Shown here: positions 7,957 through 16,482 of the stretch, piece by piece
Numbering within the stretch: the first letter of the stretch is position 1
Layout: each line of letters opens with the position of its first letter
Virus record (IMG/VR): IMGVR_UViG_3300032236_001180
Coordinates: 1 to 64,000 of that record
Strand: one strand, 5' to 3'
Length of the DNA: 64,000 nt
From: a virus
Notes under the pieces: generated by a model
Databases searched by the model: none
The model's input: only the letters and a program-made list of their open reading frames with translations
What the model was told of the DNA's origin: nothing
Translations under genes and position numbers: made by a program

Positions 7957-8385
7957 ATGTTTAATTTTAATTTTGGAAATAAAAAACCAGACATCAAAAA
8001 ATATGCAATTGTGGGAATTATCTTAACTTCTATAATTGCGTCACTTTCACAATGCACTGGAATTCAAGAAACATCTTTATGGGATGTATTTGATGAAGTA
8101 CAACGTAAGTTTTTTCCTCAAACGATGCTGAATGATTTCATCATCAAAGATCCCGAAAAATTGGATCGCAGAGTCAAAAGAGATGTGGATCTGGCAATTG
8201 CTGATTATGAAAGGTTGACAGGTGATGATGAAAAAGTTAGAATGCCTAAACCACGATACTCAGAGAAACCACCAGACAGGTCTTATGCCCAATCACTTCT
8301 TGGAGGTGAAATGCGTATCTGTGCTCCTTGGAAAGATGATTGTCCATTATTAGATCAAATAAATGCGGATGTAACTCAGCGGTAG
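7957..8385 (+). CDS. Hypothetical membrane-anchored phage protein
   Basis: N-terminal hydrophobic helix; 3' end overlaps tRNA-Gly. Confidence 0.6.
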   Translation: MFNFNFGNKKPDIKKYAIVGIILTSIIASLSQCTGIQETSLWDVFDEVQRKFFPQTMLNDFIIKDPEKLDRRVKRDVDLAIADYERLTGDDEKVRMPKPRYSEKPPDRSYAQSLLGGEMRICAPWKDDCPLLDQINADVTQR

Positions 8386-8436
8386 AGTTCCTGCTTGCCA
8401 AGTAGATTGTCGTCGGTTCGAATCCGATCATCCGCT
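8365..8436 (+). tRNA. tRNA-Gly(GCC)
   Basis: Acceptor GCGGATG/CATCCGC, anticodon loop TTGCCAA, TTCGAAT T-loop, U73; CCA not encoded. Confidence 0.92.
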
Positions 8437-8492
8437 TTCTCAGAAATTCTGAGATATAAATAAACTTCGTAGTTGTAAAACTTAACAAATTT

Positions 8493-9986
8493 ATGAAATT
8501 TTTCAATCAACTGATGCTTGCACCTGTTGCACTTGGAATGATTGCTCCCTCTGTTGCGAATGCCGCAGATCTTAATATTGCAGGAGTCAATCAATATAGT
8601 TCCTCAGAGCAGGTCACAAGTATCAGTCAATTCTCCGATGTTCAACCTACGGATTGGGCATACGGAGCACTGAGCAATCTTGTGGAACGTTACGGTTGCG
8701 TTGCTGGTTATCCCAATGGCACCTTTGGTGGTGGTAGGGCAATGACTCGTTTTGAAGCAGCAGCACTTCTTAACTCCTGCTTGGATCGTGTTACTGAAGT
8801 CACCGATGAACTTCGTCGTCTGATGGCAGAATTCAAATCCGAACTTGCTGTTCTCAAAGGTCGTGTTAGTGGTCTTGAGGCAAAGGTGGGCAAACTTGAG
8901 GCAACTCAGTTCTCTACCACAACCAAACTGAAAGGTGAAACAAACTTCATTCTTGGTGGAGTTCCTGGTTATACCACAAATACTGGTACTGTTGCTGGTA
9001 GCACTGCGTTTAACTATGACCTTCGTCTGAATCTGGATACTTCTTTTACTGGTAAGGATTTGCTTCGCACTCGTCTGCGTTCTGGTAACTTCTCCAGTGC
9101 TCCTTTTGGTTCTTCTTCGTCACTGTTCAAACTTGACAAAGCAGAAACTTCTCAAGGTACTGGAACTTCCAGCAACATCTGGTTGGACCGTCTTTACTAC
9201 CAGTTCCCTGTTGGTAAGAGTGTAACTCTGACTGCTGGTCCTCTGCTTCGTAATACTGAGATGGCATGGGTTCCTTCTGTTTATAAGTCGGATGTCCTTG
9301 ACTTCTTCCAACTTGGTGGTGCTTCTGGTGTCTATAACAAGGCAACTGGTGCTGGTTTCGGTGCTCAGTATCGTCAACCTGGAACTCAAGGTTTCATTGC
9401 TGGTGTGAACTATGTTGCCGAAGATGGCAGCAATACTTCTACTGGTGAATTTGATGGCACTGGCAAACTGAATACTCTTGCTCAGATTGGTTATCGTGCT
9501 CCTCAGTGGGGTCTTGGATTCGGTTATCGTTATGGTACTCCTGGAACTCGTGTTCGTACCTTTAATGCTCTTGGTGGTGGTTCTGGTGCTCTTGCATACG
9601 GTCAAGTCTCCAATAGTTATGCATTCAATGGTTACTGGCAACCTAAGAAATCTGGTATTGTACCTTCCGTAAGTGTTGGTTATGGTGTGAATACCATCAA
9701 CGGTAATATTACTGCAAAAGGTGCTACTGATTCTAATTCTTGGTTCGCAGGTCTTCAATGGTCTGATGTATTTGCCAAAGGCAACTCTGCTGGTGTTGCT
9801 TATGGTCAACCAGGAAATGCACAAGGTTTGAGTGCAACCGCATCGATGCTTGAAGTATTCTACAAGTATCGTGTAAGTGATAACATCAGCATTACTCCTG
9901 CTGTGTTCTATGTTGGCAATAATCAGGCAACTCTGAATGCTGCATCTCAATGGGGTGGTGTGATTCAAACCACTTTCCGTTTCTGA
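8493..9986 (+). CDS. Cyanobacterial outer-membrane porin (Som/iron-uptake porin type: SLH domain plus OprB-like barrel)
   Basis: Signal peptide, FSDVQPTDWAY..L..LVERYGC..GYP SLH motif, FSTTTKLKG, C-terminal TTFRF. Confidence 0.93.
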   Translation: MKFFNQLMLAPVALGMIAPSVANAADLNIAGVNQYSSSEQVTSISQFSDVQPTDWAYGALSNLVERYGCVAGYPNGTFGGGRAMTRFEAAALLNSCLDRVTEVTDELRRLMAEFKSELAVLKGRVSGLEAKVGKLEATQFSTTTKLKGETNFILGGVPGYTTNTGTVAGSTAFNYDLRLNLDTSFTGKDLLRTRLRSGNFSSAPFGSSSSLFKLDKAETSQGTGTSSNIWLDRLYYQFPVGKSVTLTAGPLLRNTEMAWVPSVYKSDVLDFFQLGGASGVYNKATGAGFGAQYRQPGTQGFIAGVNYVAEDGSNTSTGEFDGTGKLNTLAQIGYRAPQWGLGFGYRYGTPGTRVRTFNALGGGSGALAYGQVSNSYAFNGYWQPKKSGIVPSVSVGYGVNTINGNITAKGATDSNSWFAGLQWSDVFAKGNSAGVAYGQPGNAQGLSATASMLEVFYKYRVSDNISITPAVFYVGNNQATLNAASQWGGVIQTTFRF

Positions 9987-10006
9987 TATACTCATAAGAT
10001 GAGTTG

Positions 10007-10036
10007 AACCACCCCTTTATGGGGTGGTTTTTATTA
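10007..10036 (+). terminator. Rho-independent terminator between porin and pstS
   Basis: AACCACCCC-TTTAT-GGGGTGGTT-TTT. Confidence 0.75.
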
Positions 10037-10057
10037 ACTGTAATTTATACCCTTTTT

Positions 10058-11026
10058 ATGAAACTCAAACAGTTTATTATTCCTGCTCTGATTGCTGCTC
10101 CTGTTGCCGCATTTGCAGGTCAAACATTAAATGGTGCGGGAGCAACTTTTCCGGCACCAATCTATCAACGTTGGTTCAATGATTATTCCAAGTCTTCTGG
10201 TAATCGTATTAACTATCAGTCTATTGGGAGTGGTGCTGGCATTCGTCAGTTTATTGCGGGAACTGTAGATTTTGGTGCTTCTGATGAACCAATCACGGCA
10301 AAGGATGCTGCCAAAGTGAAACGTGGTGTGGTTCAGATTCCTATGGTTGGTGGCACTATTGCTGTTGCCTATAACAAACCAGGATGTAATCTGAAACTGA
10401 CTCAGGCACAAGTTGTGGATGTGTTCAATGGTAAAATCAATGATTGGAAACAACTTAAATGTGCTTCTGGTCCCATTACTGTCGTTCATCGTTCCGATGG
10501 TTCTGGTACTACTTTTGCTTTCACGAACTCACTACGTTCATTCTCGTCAACTTGGACTACTGGTGTGGCTAAATCGGTAAATTGGCCGGTTGGTCTTGGT
10601 GCCAAAGGCAATGAAGGTGTTTCTGCTACTATCAAACAGAAGGCAGGAACTATCGGTTATGTGAGTTATACCTTTGTGAAGGAAGGTCATCTTCAAGCAG
10701 CAGCAATTCAGAATAAGGCAGGGAAGTTTGTTCTTCCAAATACTAATTCTGGTTCTGCCGCACTCAACCAGATTCAGGTTGATCCAGTAACTCTTGCTGG
10801 TGAAGATCCTAATCCTGCTGGTGCTCGTTCCTATCCTATCTCCACTCTTACTTGGATTCTTGCCTATAAGACTGGAAATGGTGCCAAGGAGGACTCTGTG
10901 AAGGGTGCTCTGAACTATATGCTCAGTGGCAAGGCACAGATGATTGCTGATGACCTTGGATATGTTCCTTTGAGTGGTTCAATTCTCAACAAGGCACGTA
11001 TTGCCGTCAATCGTATCGGAAACTGA
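10058..11026 (+). CDS. pstS: Phosphate ABC transporter substrate-binding protein
   Basis: GAGATFPAPIY, YQSIGSGAG, DFGASD, RSDGSGTT, GAKGNEGV, YPIST. Confidence 0.97.
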   Translation: MKLKQFIIPALIAAPVAAFAGQTLNGAGATFPAPIYQRWFNDYSKSSGNRINYQSIGSGAGIRQFIAGTVDFGASDEPITAKDAAKVKRGVVQIPMVGGTIAVAYNKPGCNLKLTQAQVVDVFNGKINDWKQLKCASGPITVVHRSDGSGTTFAFTNSLRSFSSTWTTGVAKSVNWPVGLGAKGNEGVSATIKQKAGTIGYVSYTFVKEGHLQAAAIQNKAGKFVLPNTNSGSAALNQIQVDPVTLAGEDPNPAGARSYPISTLTWILAYKTGNGAKEDSVKGALNYMLSGKAQMIADDLGYVPLSGSILNKARIAVNRIGN

Positions 11027-11053
11027 TACACTTTGCCTCTTCGGGGGCATTGC

Positions 11054-11125
11054 TGCGGAGTGGACAAGTGGTATGTCATCAGACTCATAATCTGAAAATC
11101 GTAGGTTCAATTCCTACCTCCGCCA
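11054..11125 (+). tRNA. tRNA-Met(CAT), initiator-like
   Basis: Cloverleaf with anticodon loop CTCATAA, U1xC72 mismatch, TTCAATT T-loop. Confidence 0.88.
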
Positions 11126-11150
11126 TTATAAATAAAAAGAAAAGTCTATA

Positions 11151-11585
11151 ATGGAAACTTTATTTAAATCTTTGAGTGATGCTCAGGCATCACTTTTTGT
11201 TTTATTTCAAAAGACGTGGATTTATCATTGGGATGTTGTTGGACCAGACTTTCAACAACTTCATACTCTTTTTGGTGGTCAATATGAGACTATGTTTGAA
11301 GAGATTGATACTCTCACAGAACATATGAGGTATTTGGGAATGAAACCAGTCAGCACTCTTACGAGAGCAGTTGAAGTATCTCAAATTTCCGAAGCAGATA
11401 GTTCAATTGGTGCTATGGAAATGGTTTCCCAACTACGTGATGATAATAAGAAAATCTGCGAACTCTTTACTAATATTTCAGAAGAAGCAGATGAACAAAA
11501 GCAATACGCAACATCAAATTTAGTTCAAAGTTTAATGGAAACCCACGGAAAATTCCATTGGATGTTAAGAAGTATTTTAGAATAA
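11151..11585 (+). CDS. dps: Dps/ferritin-like DNA-protection protein
   Basis: YHWDVVGPDFQQLHTLF, D...EH ferroxidase pattern, KFHWML; TATAAATA at 11127-11134. Confidence 0.9.
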   Translation: METLFKSLSDAQASLFVLFQKTWIYHWDVVGPDFQQLHTLFGGQYETMFEEIDTLTEHMRYLGMKPVSTLTRAVEVSQISEADSSIGAMEMVSQLRDDNKKICELFTNISEEADEQKQYATSNLVQSLMETHGKFHWMLRSILE

Positions 11586-11616
11586 AGACTTGAATTTTTT
11601 GAATAGGTATGGTAAG

Positions 11617-11871
11617 ATGTTAAAGGTTAGATGTAAAAGTTGTAATACTGTGTTGGAATCTCATCCGACACAGACTAGATGTTGTGGTTGTGATAATTTC
11701 ACAACTTTAAGAGGAGAAAATATCTCTGGGTTAGATTTAACACGAATAGAATTAATTTCAAATGTTCGTAGTGAATCTAATCCAACAACACTTCTTACAA
11801 AAGAAGATATTGCTTATCACGAAGCAAGACGAAACCGCAAAATTAGAAAAATGGAGTTTGAAATTAGATGA
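11617..11871 (+). CDS. Hypothetical Zn-ribbon protein
   Basis: CKSC...CCGC. Confidence 0.7.
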   Translation: MLKVRCKSCNTVLESHPTQTRCCGCDNFTTLRGENISGLDLTRIELISNVRSESNPTTLLTKEDIAYHEARRNRKIRKMEFEIR

Positions 11872-12026
11872 GTTGGGAATCCCCAAAACTTTCAAAGAGA
11901 GATATTGAACTGCTTACAGTCACTCTTGATGATTATATTTTTTATGCCAAAAACGATGGTGGTCCAGATACAGCAGAAGTTGAAAGATTTCTTCATAGAT
12001 TAGAAGATCATTTAAATAAGTTTTGA
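11868..12026 (+). CDS. Small hypothetical protein (52 aa)
   Basis: MSWESPKLSK...; ATGA overlap. Confidence 0.55.
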   Translation: MSWESPKLSKRDIELLTVTLDDYIFYAKNDGGPDTAEVERFLHRLEDHLNKF

Positions 12027-12084
12027 TTTCAACACAATTATAGATTATAACGTTTATAACTATTAGTATCAATAGGATACTAAA

Positions 12085-12234
12085 ATGGATCAACATACCT
12101 ATAATAACTGGATAAAGATAAAGGAAACTTTTGAAAAGTCCGGCAATACTAATAATATGTTTTATAGACGTGCTTGTGAAATTATAAGTTCAAAAAAAGA
12201 CCCATTAGCAAAATATCTTGGTGATGAAAAATGA
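12085..12234 (+). CDS. Small hypothetical protein (49 aa)
   Basis: MDQHTYNNWIKIK...; AGGA RBS. Confidence 0.6.
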   Translation: MDQHTYNNWIKIKETFEKSGNTNNMFYRRACEIISSKKDPLAKYLGDEK

Positions 12235-12374
12235 ATTATGATGATATTGAAAAATTGATTGATAAGAAAATTCAACAGCACGAATTTAGAATTGGTATTA
12301 TTAGTGGAATTTTAGGATCTTTATTTGTATTTGGAATTGTTCACGCAATTTGGTTAATCAAAGAAAGCATATGA
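12231..12374 (+). CDS. Small single-TM hypothetical protein (47 aa)
   Basis: ATGA overlap; IGIISGILGSLFVFGIV TM segment. Confidence 0.55.
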   Translation: MNYDDIEKLIDKKIQQHEFRIGIISGILGSLFVFGIVHAIWLIKESI

Positions 12375-12380
12375 TTGTCC

Positions 12381-12409
12381 TTGACAGACCAACAGATTTT
12401 TGGTAGGAT
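12381..12409 (+). promoter_or_regulatory. sigma70-type promoter
   Basis: TTGACA-17 nt-TAGGAT. Confidence 0.65.
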
Positions 12410-12434
12410 TAATCCACACAATTTAAATATGATT

Positions 12435-12617
12435 ATGGAAACTTTTACAATTGAAGAATTTCAAGAAGACTTTGATAATCTTTTAGAAAGAGTTGAGAAT
12501 GGTGAATCTTTTGTGATTAAAAGTGAATATGGAAATGCTGTGCTTATTCCATATGCTGAATACAAAGAAGTGGATGAACTTGTTGAATGTTTGTGTAATC
12601 ACGACGATGGTTGTTAA
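12435..12617 (+). CDS. Phd/YefM-like antitoxin-fold protein with no adjacent toxin
   Basis: FTIEEFQEDFDNLLERVENGESFVI...AVLIPYAEY matches the Phd/YefM N-terminal pattern. Confidence 0.65.
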   Translation: METFTIEEFQEDFDNLLERVENGESFVIKSEYGNAVLIPYAEYKEVDELVECLCNHDDGC

Positions 12618-12625
12618 TTCTTTCT

Positions 12626-12713
12626 GGTCGTCAGAACAGGTGTTCAGAGGAGTCTTATAAACTCTTTGCCCCAGATTAGGGCCTTTGGCAGGGTTCGATA
12701 CCCTGGGCGACTA
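12626..12713 (+). tRNA. Non-canonical tRNA with TAT anticodon (Ile-like) and long variable arm
   Basis: Acceptor GGTCGTC/GGCGACT-A; D-arm GAAC-AGGT-GTTC; anticodon arm GGAGT-CTTATAA-ACTCT; V-arm GCCC-CAGATTA-GGGC; T-arm CAGGG-TTCGATA-CCCTG. Confidence 0.8.
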
Positions 12714-12776
12714 TTACTAAATACAACGAGAGGGTTTATTGCTCTCTTTTTTAATGTAATATTGTAAAATTTTTTT

Positions 12777-13277
12777 ATGAAAATTGGTTTTAATTGTAGC
12801 TCATTTGATTTATTTCACGCTGGGCACGTTACTATGCTCAAAATGGAAAAAGAATTATGTGATTATTTGAAAGTCGGACTTCAAGTTGATCCGACCGTAG
12901 ATCGTCCTGGAATTAAAAATAAACCAGTACAATCTGCTTATGAACGTTATGTTCAACTTCAAGGATGCAAGTATGTTGATGAAATTCTTGTTTATGAAAC
13001 AGAAGAAGATCTTCTTAATTTAATTCAATCTCAAACAATTCATATAAGATTTTTGAGTGAAGAATACAAAGATAGAGATTTTACTGCAAAACAATATTGC
13101 ATTGATAATGGTATAGAATTATTCTTTCATTTAAGAAGGCACAAATATTCTTCAACTGAAATTAGAAATAGAGTTCATCATCTTGAAGAACAAAAAAGAT
13201 TGAAAAAAATAGAAGAAAATACAATAGAACAATATTCTCCAGAAATTTTAAAAAAATATTCTATTGAAGAGAATTAA
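12777..13277 (+). CDS. Cytidylyltransferase (TagD-like)
   Basis: FDLFHAGH (HxGH), YVDE, YSSTEIR. Confidence 0.88.
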   Translation: MKIGFNCSSFDLFHAGHVTMLKMEKELCDYLKVGLQVDPTVDRPGIKNKPVQSAYERYVQLQGCKYVDEILVYETEEDLLNLIQSQTIHIRFLSEEYKDRDFTAKQYCIDNGIELFFHLRRHKYSSTEIRNRVHHLEEQKRLKKIEENTIEQYSPEILKKYSIEEN

Positions 13278-13279
13278 TT

Positions 13280-14200
13280 ATGACAATTTTGGTAACTGGT
13301 GGATGTGGGTTTATTGGTAGTAATTTTATTCATCATTTGAAAAAGAAAACAAATGAAAAAATCATTTGTGTTGATAAAATGACTTATGCTGCTGATTATG
13401 GAAATATTTCAAATTTAGATGTGGAATTGTATCCACTTGATATTAATAATTCTGATTATATATTTAAAGAAAATAAAATTAAAACTATCTACCATTTTGC
13501 TGCGGAAAGTCACGTAGATAATTCAATTAAAAATTGCTCAGAATTTATCAATACTAATATTAATGGAACGGTTAATCTTTTGAATCTTTCTATGAAATAT
13601 GATATTGAGAAGTTTATTCATATTTCAACTGATGAAGTTTATGGATCAATTGAAAAAGGTAAATTTACAGAAACAACAACTTATAATCCAAGAAATCCTT
13701 ATTCTGCATCAAAAGCATCAAGTGATCATTTTGTAATGTCTTATCATAATACTTATGATCTTCCTGTTATTGTTACAAATTGTTCAAATAATTACGGACC
13801 AAGACAACACGAAGAAAAATTAATTCCAAAAACAATTAAAAATTTAATGATGGGGAATAAAGTTCCTATCTATGGTGATGGGCAACAAATTCGTGATTGG
13901 TTATATGTTCAAGATCATTGTGAGGCAATTTCAATTGTAGCAGAAAAAGGTCGTATTGGTGAAAGGTATAATATTGGTGGGGAATGTGAAATAAAAAATC
14001 TTGATTTGATAAAAAATATTCTTAATATTATGAAAAAAGATGAGGATATGATAGAATATGTAAAAGACCGTCCAGGACACGACCGTAGATATTCAACTGA
14101 TATTACTAAAATAAAAACTGAACTTGGTTGGTCTCCTAGATTTGATTTAGAAAAAGGATTGGAAAAAACGATTGAATGGTATGAATGTAATAGGAACTAA
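13280..14200 (+). CDS. rmlB: dTDP-glucose 4,6-dehydratase
   Basis: GGCGFIG, HFAAESHVD, STDEVYG, YSASK, CSNNYGP, DRPGHDRRY. Confidence 0.95.
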   Translation: MTILVTGGCGFIGSNFIHHLKKKTNEKIICVDKMTYAADYGNISNLDVELYPLDINNSDYIFKENKIKTIYHFAAESHVDNSIKNCSEFINTNINGTVNLLNLSMKYDIEKFIHISTDEVYGSIEKGKFTETTTYNPRNPYSASKASSDHFVMSYHNTYDLPVIVTNCSNNYGPRQHEEKLIPKTIKNLMMGNKVPIYGDGQQIRDWLYVQDHCEAISIVAEKGRIGERYNIGGECEIKNLDLIKNILNIMKKDEDMIEYVKDRPGHDRRYSTDITKIKTELGWSPRFDLEKGLEKTIEWYECNRN

Positions 14201-14720
14201 ACTTAAAGATGCCTACATTATCACGAATAAAAAGTTTGAAGACGATCGTGGATTCTTTATGGAGTCTTTTAATTTAAAAGAATTTGAAAAAATTGTCGGA
14301 GTGTATAATTTTGTTCAAGATAATCATTCTAAATCTTCCAAGGGAGTTTTGAGAGGACTTCATTATCAAATTGAACACGCACAAGGTAAACTTGTTCGTT
14401 GTATTTCTGGTGCAGTTTATGATGTAATTGTTGATTTGAGAAAATCATCTCCGTCATTTGGGGAATGGTTTGGGATTAAATTATGCGAAAATAATTTACA
14501 ACTATGGGTTCCGCCTGGATTTGCCCATGGATTTTATACCCTTACTGAAACTGCAGAAATTGTTTATAAAACCACTGATTATTATTATCCAGAATATGAT
14601 AGAACCTTACTTTGGAGTGATAATGATTTAATAATTGACTGGAAGGTAAAAGGTGAACCAATCTTATCCCAAAAAGATTTAAAAGGTAAAATTTTTGAGG
14701 AATGCGAAAAATATGATTAA
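14181..14720 (+). CDS. rmlC: dTDP-4-dehydrorhamnose 3,5-epimerase
   Basis: DDRGFFMES, QDNHSKS, LRGLHYQ, QGKLVR, GFAHGF. Confidence 0.95.
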   Translation: MNVIGTKLKDAYIITNKKFEDDRGFFMESFNLKEFEKIVGVYNFVQDNHSKSSKGVLRGLHYQIEHAQGKLVRCISGAVYDVIVDLRKSSPSFGEWFGIKLCENNLQLWVPPGFAHGFYTLTETAEIVYKTTDYYYPEYDRTLLWSDNDLIIDWKVKGEPILSQKDLKGKIFEECEKYD

Positions 14721-14780
14721 TATTTGCAATTTTACACCATTTAAAGTAGAATACATAGTAAAGACATTAATGATTGATTT

Positions 14781-15827
14781 ATGAGTCAATATAAAAAAAC
14801 TGCACTTGTCCTTGGTGCAGGTGGCTTTATTGGAAGTCATATGGTAAAAAGATTAAGAACCGAAGGATATTGGGTCACGGGAGTGGATGTTAAATACCCA
14901 GAATATTCCAAAAGTGAAGCAAATGAATTTATTCTCGGAAATTTAACAGATCAGATATTTACAGATAAAGTTGTAATGTTTAAAGGATATGCGAAAAATT
15001 TTTATAATTTCATCCCCTCAAAATACATAACAACATATGATGAAATATATCAATTTGCCGCTGATATGGGCGGTGCCGGATATATTTTTACCGGAGAACA
15101 CGATGCTGACGTGATGAATAATTCTTGTTCTATTAATTTGAATGTTCTTCGTTCTGTTAAAAATTTAAATGACAGTATTGGTGCGAATAAAACAAAAATA
15201 TTTTATTCATCATCAGCGTGTATGTATCCGGAATACAATCAATTAGATCCCAATAATCCTAACTGCCGTGAAGAATCCGCTTATCCTGCTAGTCCAGACT
15301 CTGAATATGGATGGGAAAAACTTTTTTCGGAACGTCTTTACTTTGCGTACAATAGGAATTATAATATACCTGTGCGCGTATGTCGTTACCATAACATCTT
15401 TGGCCCCGAGGGGACCTGGAAAGGCGGAAAAGAAAAGTCCCCAGCAGCAATTTGTCGTAAAGTAGCAGAAATTCCGGATCTTGGTGGATCTATTGAAGTC
15501 TGGGGTGATGGGCAACAAACTCGTAGTTTTCTTTATATTGATGAATGTATTGAAGCAACACGAAGATTGATGGAATCTGATTTTATGGGACCAGTTAATA
15601 TTGGTTCTGAGGAAATGGTAACAATCAATCAACTTGTAGATATTACTGCCAAAGTTTCTGGCAAAGCGGTGCAAAAAAGATATAAATTGGATGCTCCCCT
15701 TGGTGTCCGTGGTCGTAATTCTAATAATGATTTAATTCGTAAAGAATTAAATTGGGATTATACTATGTCTTTGGAAGAAGGTATTACAAAAACTTATAAA
15801 TGGATTGAGGAACAGTTAAATGGCTGA
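14781..15827 (+). CDS. NAD-dependent epimerase, GDP-mannose 3,5-epimerase-like
   Basis: GAGGFIG, AADMGGAGYI, SSACMYP, YGWEK, EKSPAAICRK, GVRGRNS. Confidence 0.88.
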   Translation: MSQYKKTALVLGAGGFIGSHMVKRLRTEGYWVTGVDVKYPEYSKSEANEFILGNLTDQIFTDKVVMFKGYAKNFYNFIPSKYITTYDEIYQFAADMGGAGYIFTGEHDADVMNNSCSINLNVLRSVKNLNDSIGANKTKIFYSSSACMYPEYNQLDPNNPNCREESAYPASPDSEYGWEKLFSERLYFAYNRNYNIPVRVCRYHNIFGPEGTWKGGKEKSPAAICRKVAEIPDLGGSIEVWGDGQQTRSFLYIDECIEATRRLMESDFMGPVNIGSEEMVTINQLVDITAKVSGKAVQKRYKLDAPLGVRGRNSNNDLIRKELNWDYTMSLEEGITKTYKWIEEQLNG

Positions 15828-16482
15828 AAATTTTTTTTGGTATAATAATTCAGGTCATTCACTTCAATGGTATTATGAACACATAAAAACCATAGATTCT
15901 AATAATGTTGATGAAATTCTTGGAGCAATTCCATCGGGGTGGAATATTCCACCAAAAAGTCATAATGAATTTGTAATTTGGTTGATGAATAGAATACAAC
16001 CAAATTTGACTGTAGAACTTGGCGTGGATTATGGATACTCTTCATTTTTGCTTGCATTAAATACTAAAAATAAAGTAATTGGTATTGATTGTTTTGATAT
16101 TTCAAAACACGGACCAAGACAAGATGATGATTATCAATTTGTCCTAGACATTAAAGAAAAATTAAAACTTGATAATTTGGAAATTGTCAAAGGGTATTTT
16201 GATGATATAGCAAAGACTTGGGATAAAGAAATCAATCTTCTTCATATTGATGGTCTTCACGATTATGATAATTGTAAAAATGACTGTGATACTTGGGCAC
16301 CATTTTTGGAAGAAAAAGGTGTAGTATTATTCCACGATACTGTTTCAAATCCAGATGGAGTTGGTCTTTTCTTTTCTCAACTTGAACTACCTAAAGTCAA
16401 TTTTACTAATTCTTGTGGGTTGGGGGTTGCTTCAAATGATGGAGAATTAATTGAAGAAATTAAAAAAGTTTTTAATCTATGA
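15820..16482 (+). CDS. Class I SAM-dependent methyltransferase
   Basis: VELGVDYGYS, LHIDGLHDY, LFHD. Confidence 0.85.
   Translation: MAENFFWYNNSGHSLQWYYEHIKTIDSNNVDEILGAIPSGWNIPPKSHNEFVIWLMNRIQPNLTVELGVDYGYSSFLLALNTKNKVIGIDCFDISKHGPRQDDDYQFVLDIKEKLKLDNLEIVKGYFDDIAKTWDKEINLLHIDGLHDYDNCKNDCDTWAPFLEEKGVVLFHDTVSNPDGVGLFFSQLELPKVNFTNSCGLGVASNDGELIEEIKKVFNL

Noticed and set aside
9120-9995. 291-aa antisense ORF inside the porin gene
   Set aside because: Shadow ORF explained by the biased codon use of the porin gene; no motifs, RBS or promoter.
10030-10055. Pho box upstream of pstS (ATTAACTG...TTTATACC, 11 bp apart)
   Set aside because: Only a weak match to the PyTTAAPyPy repeat in AT-rich DNA; cannot be supported without a PWM scan.
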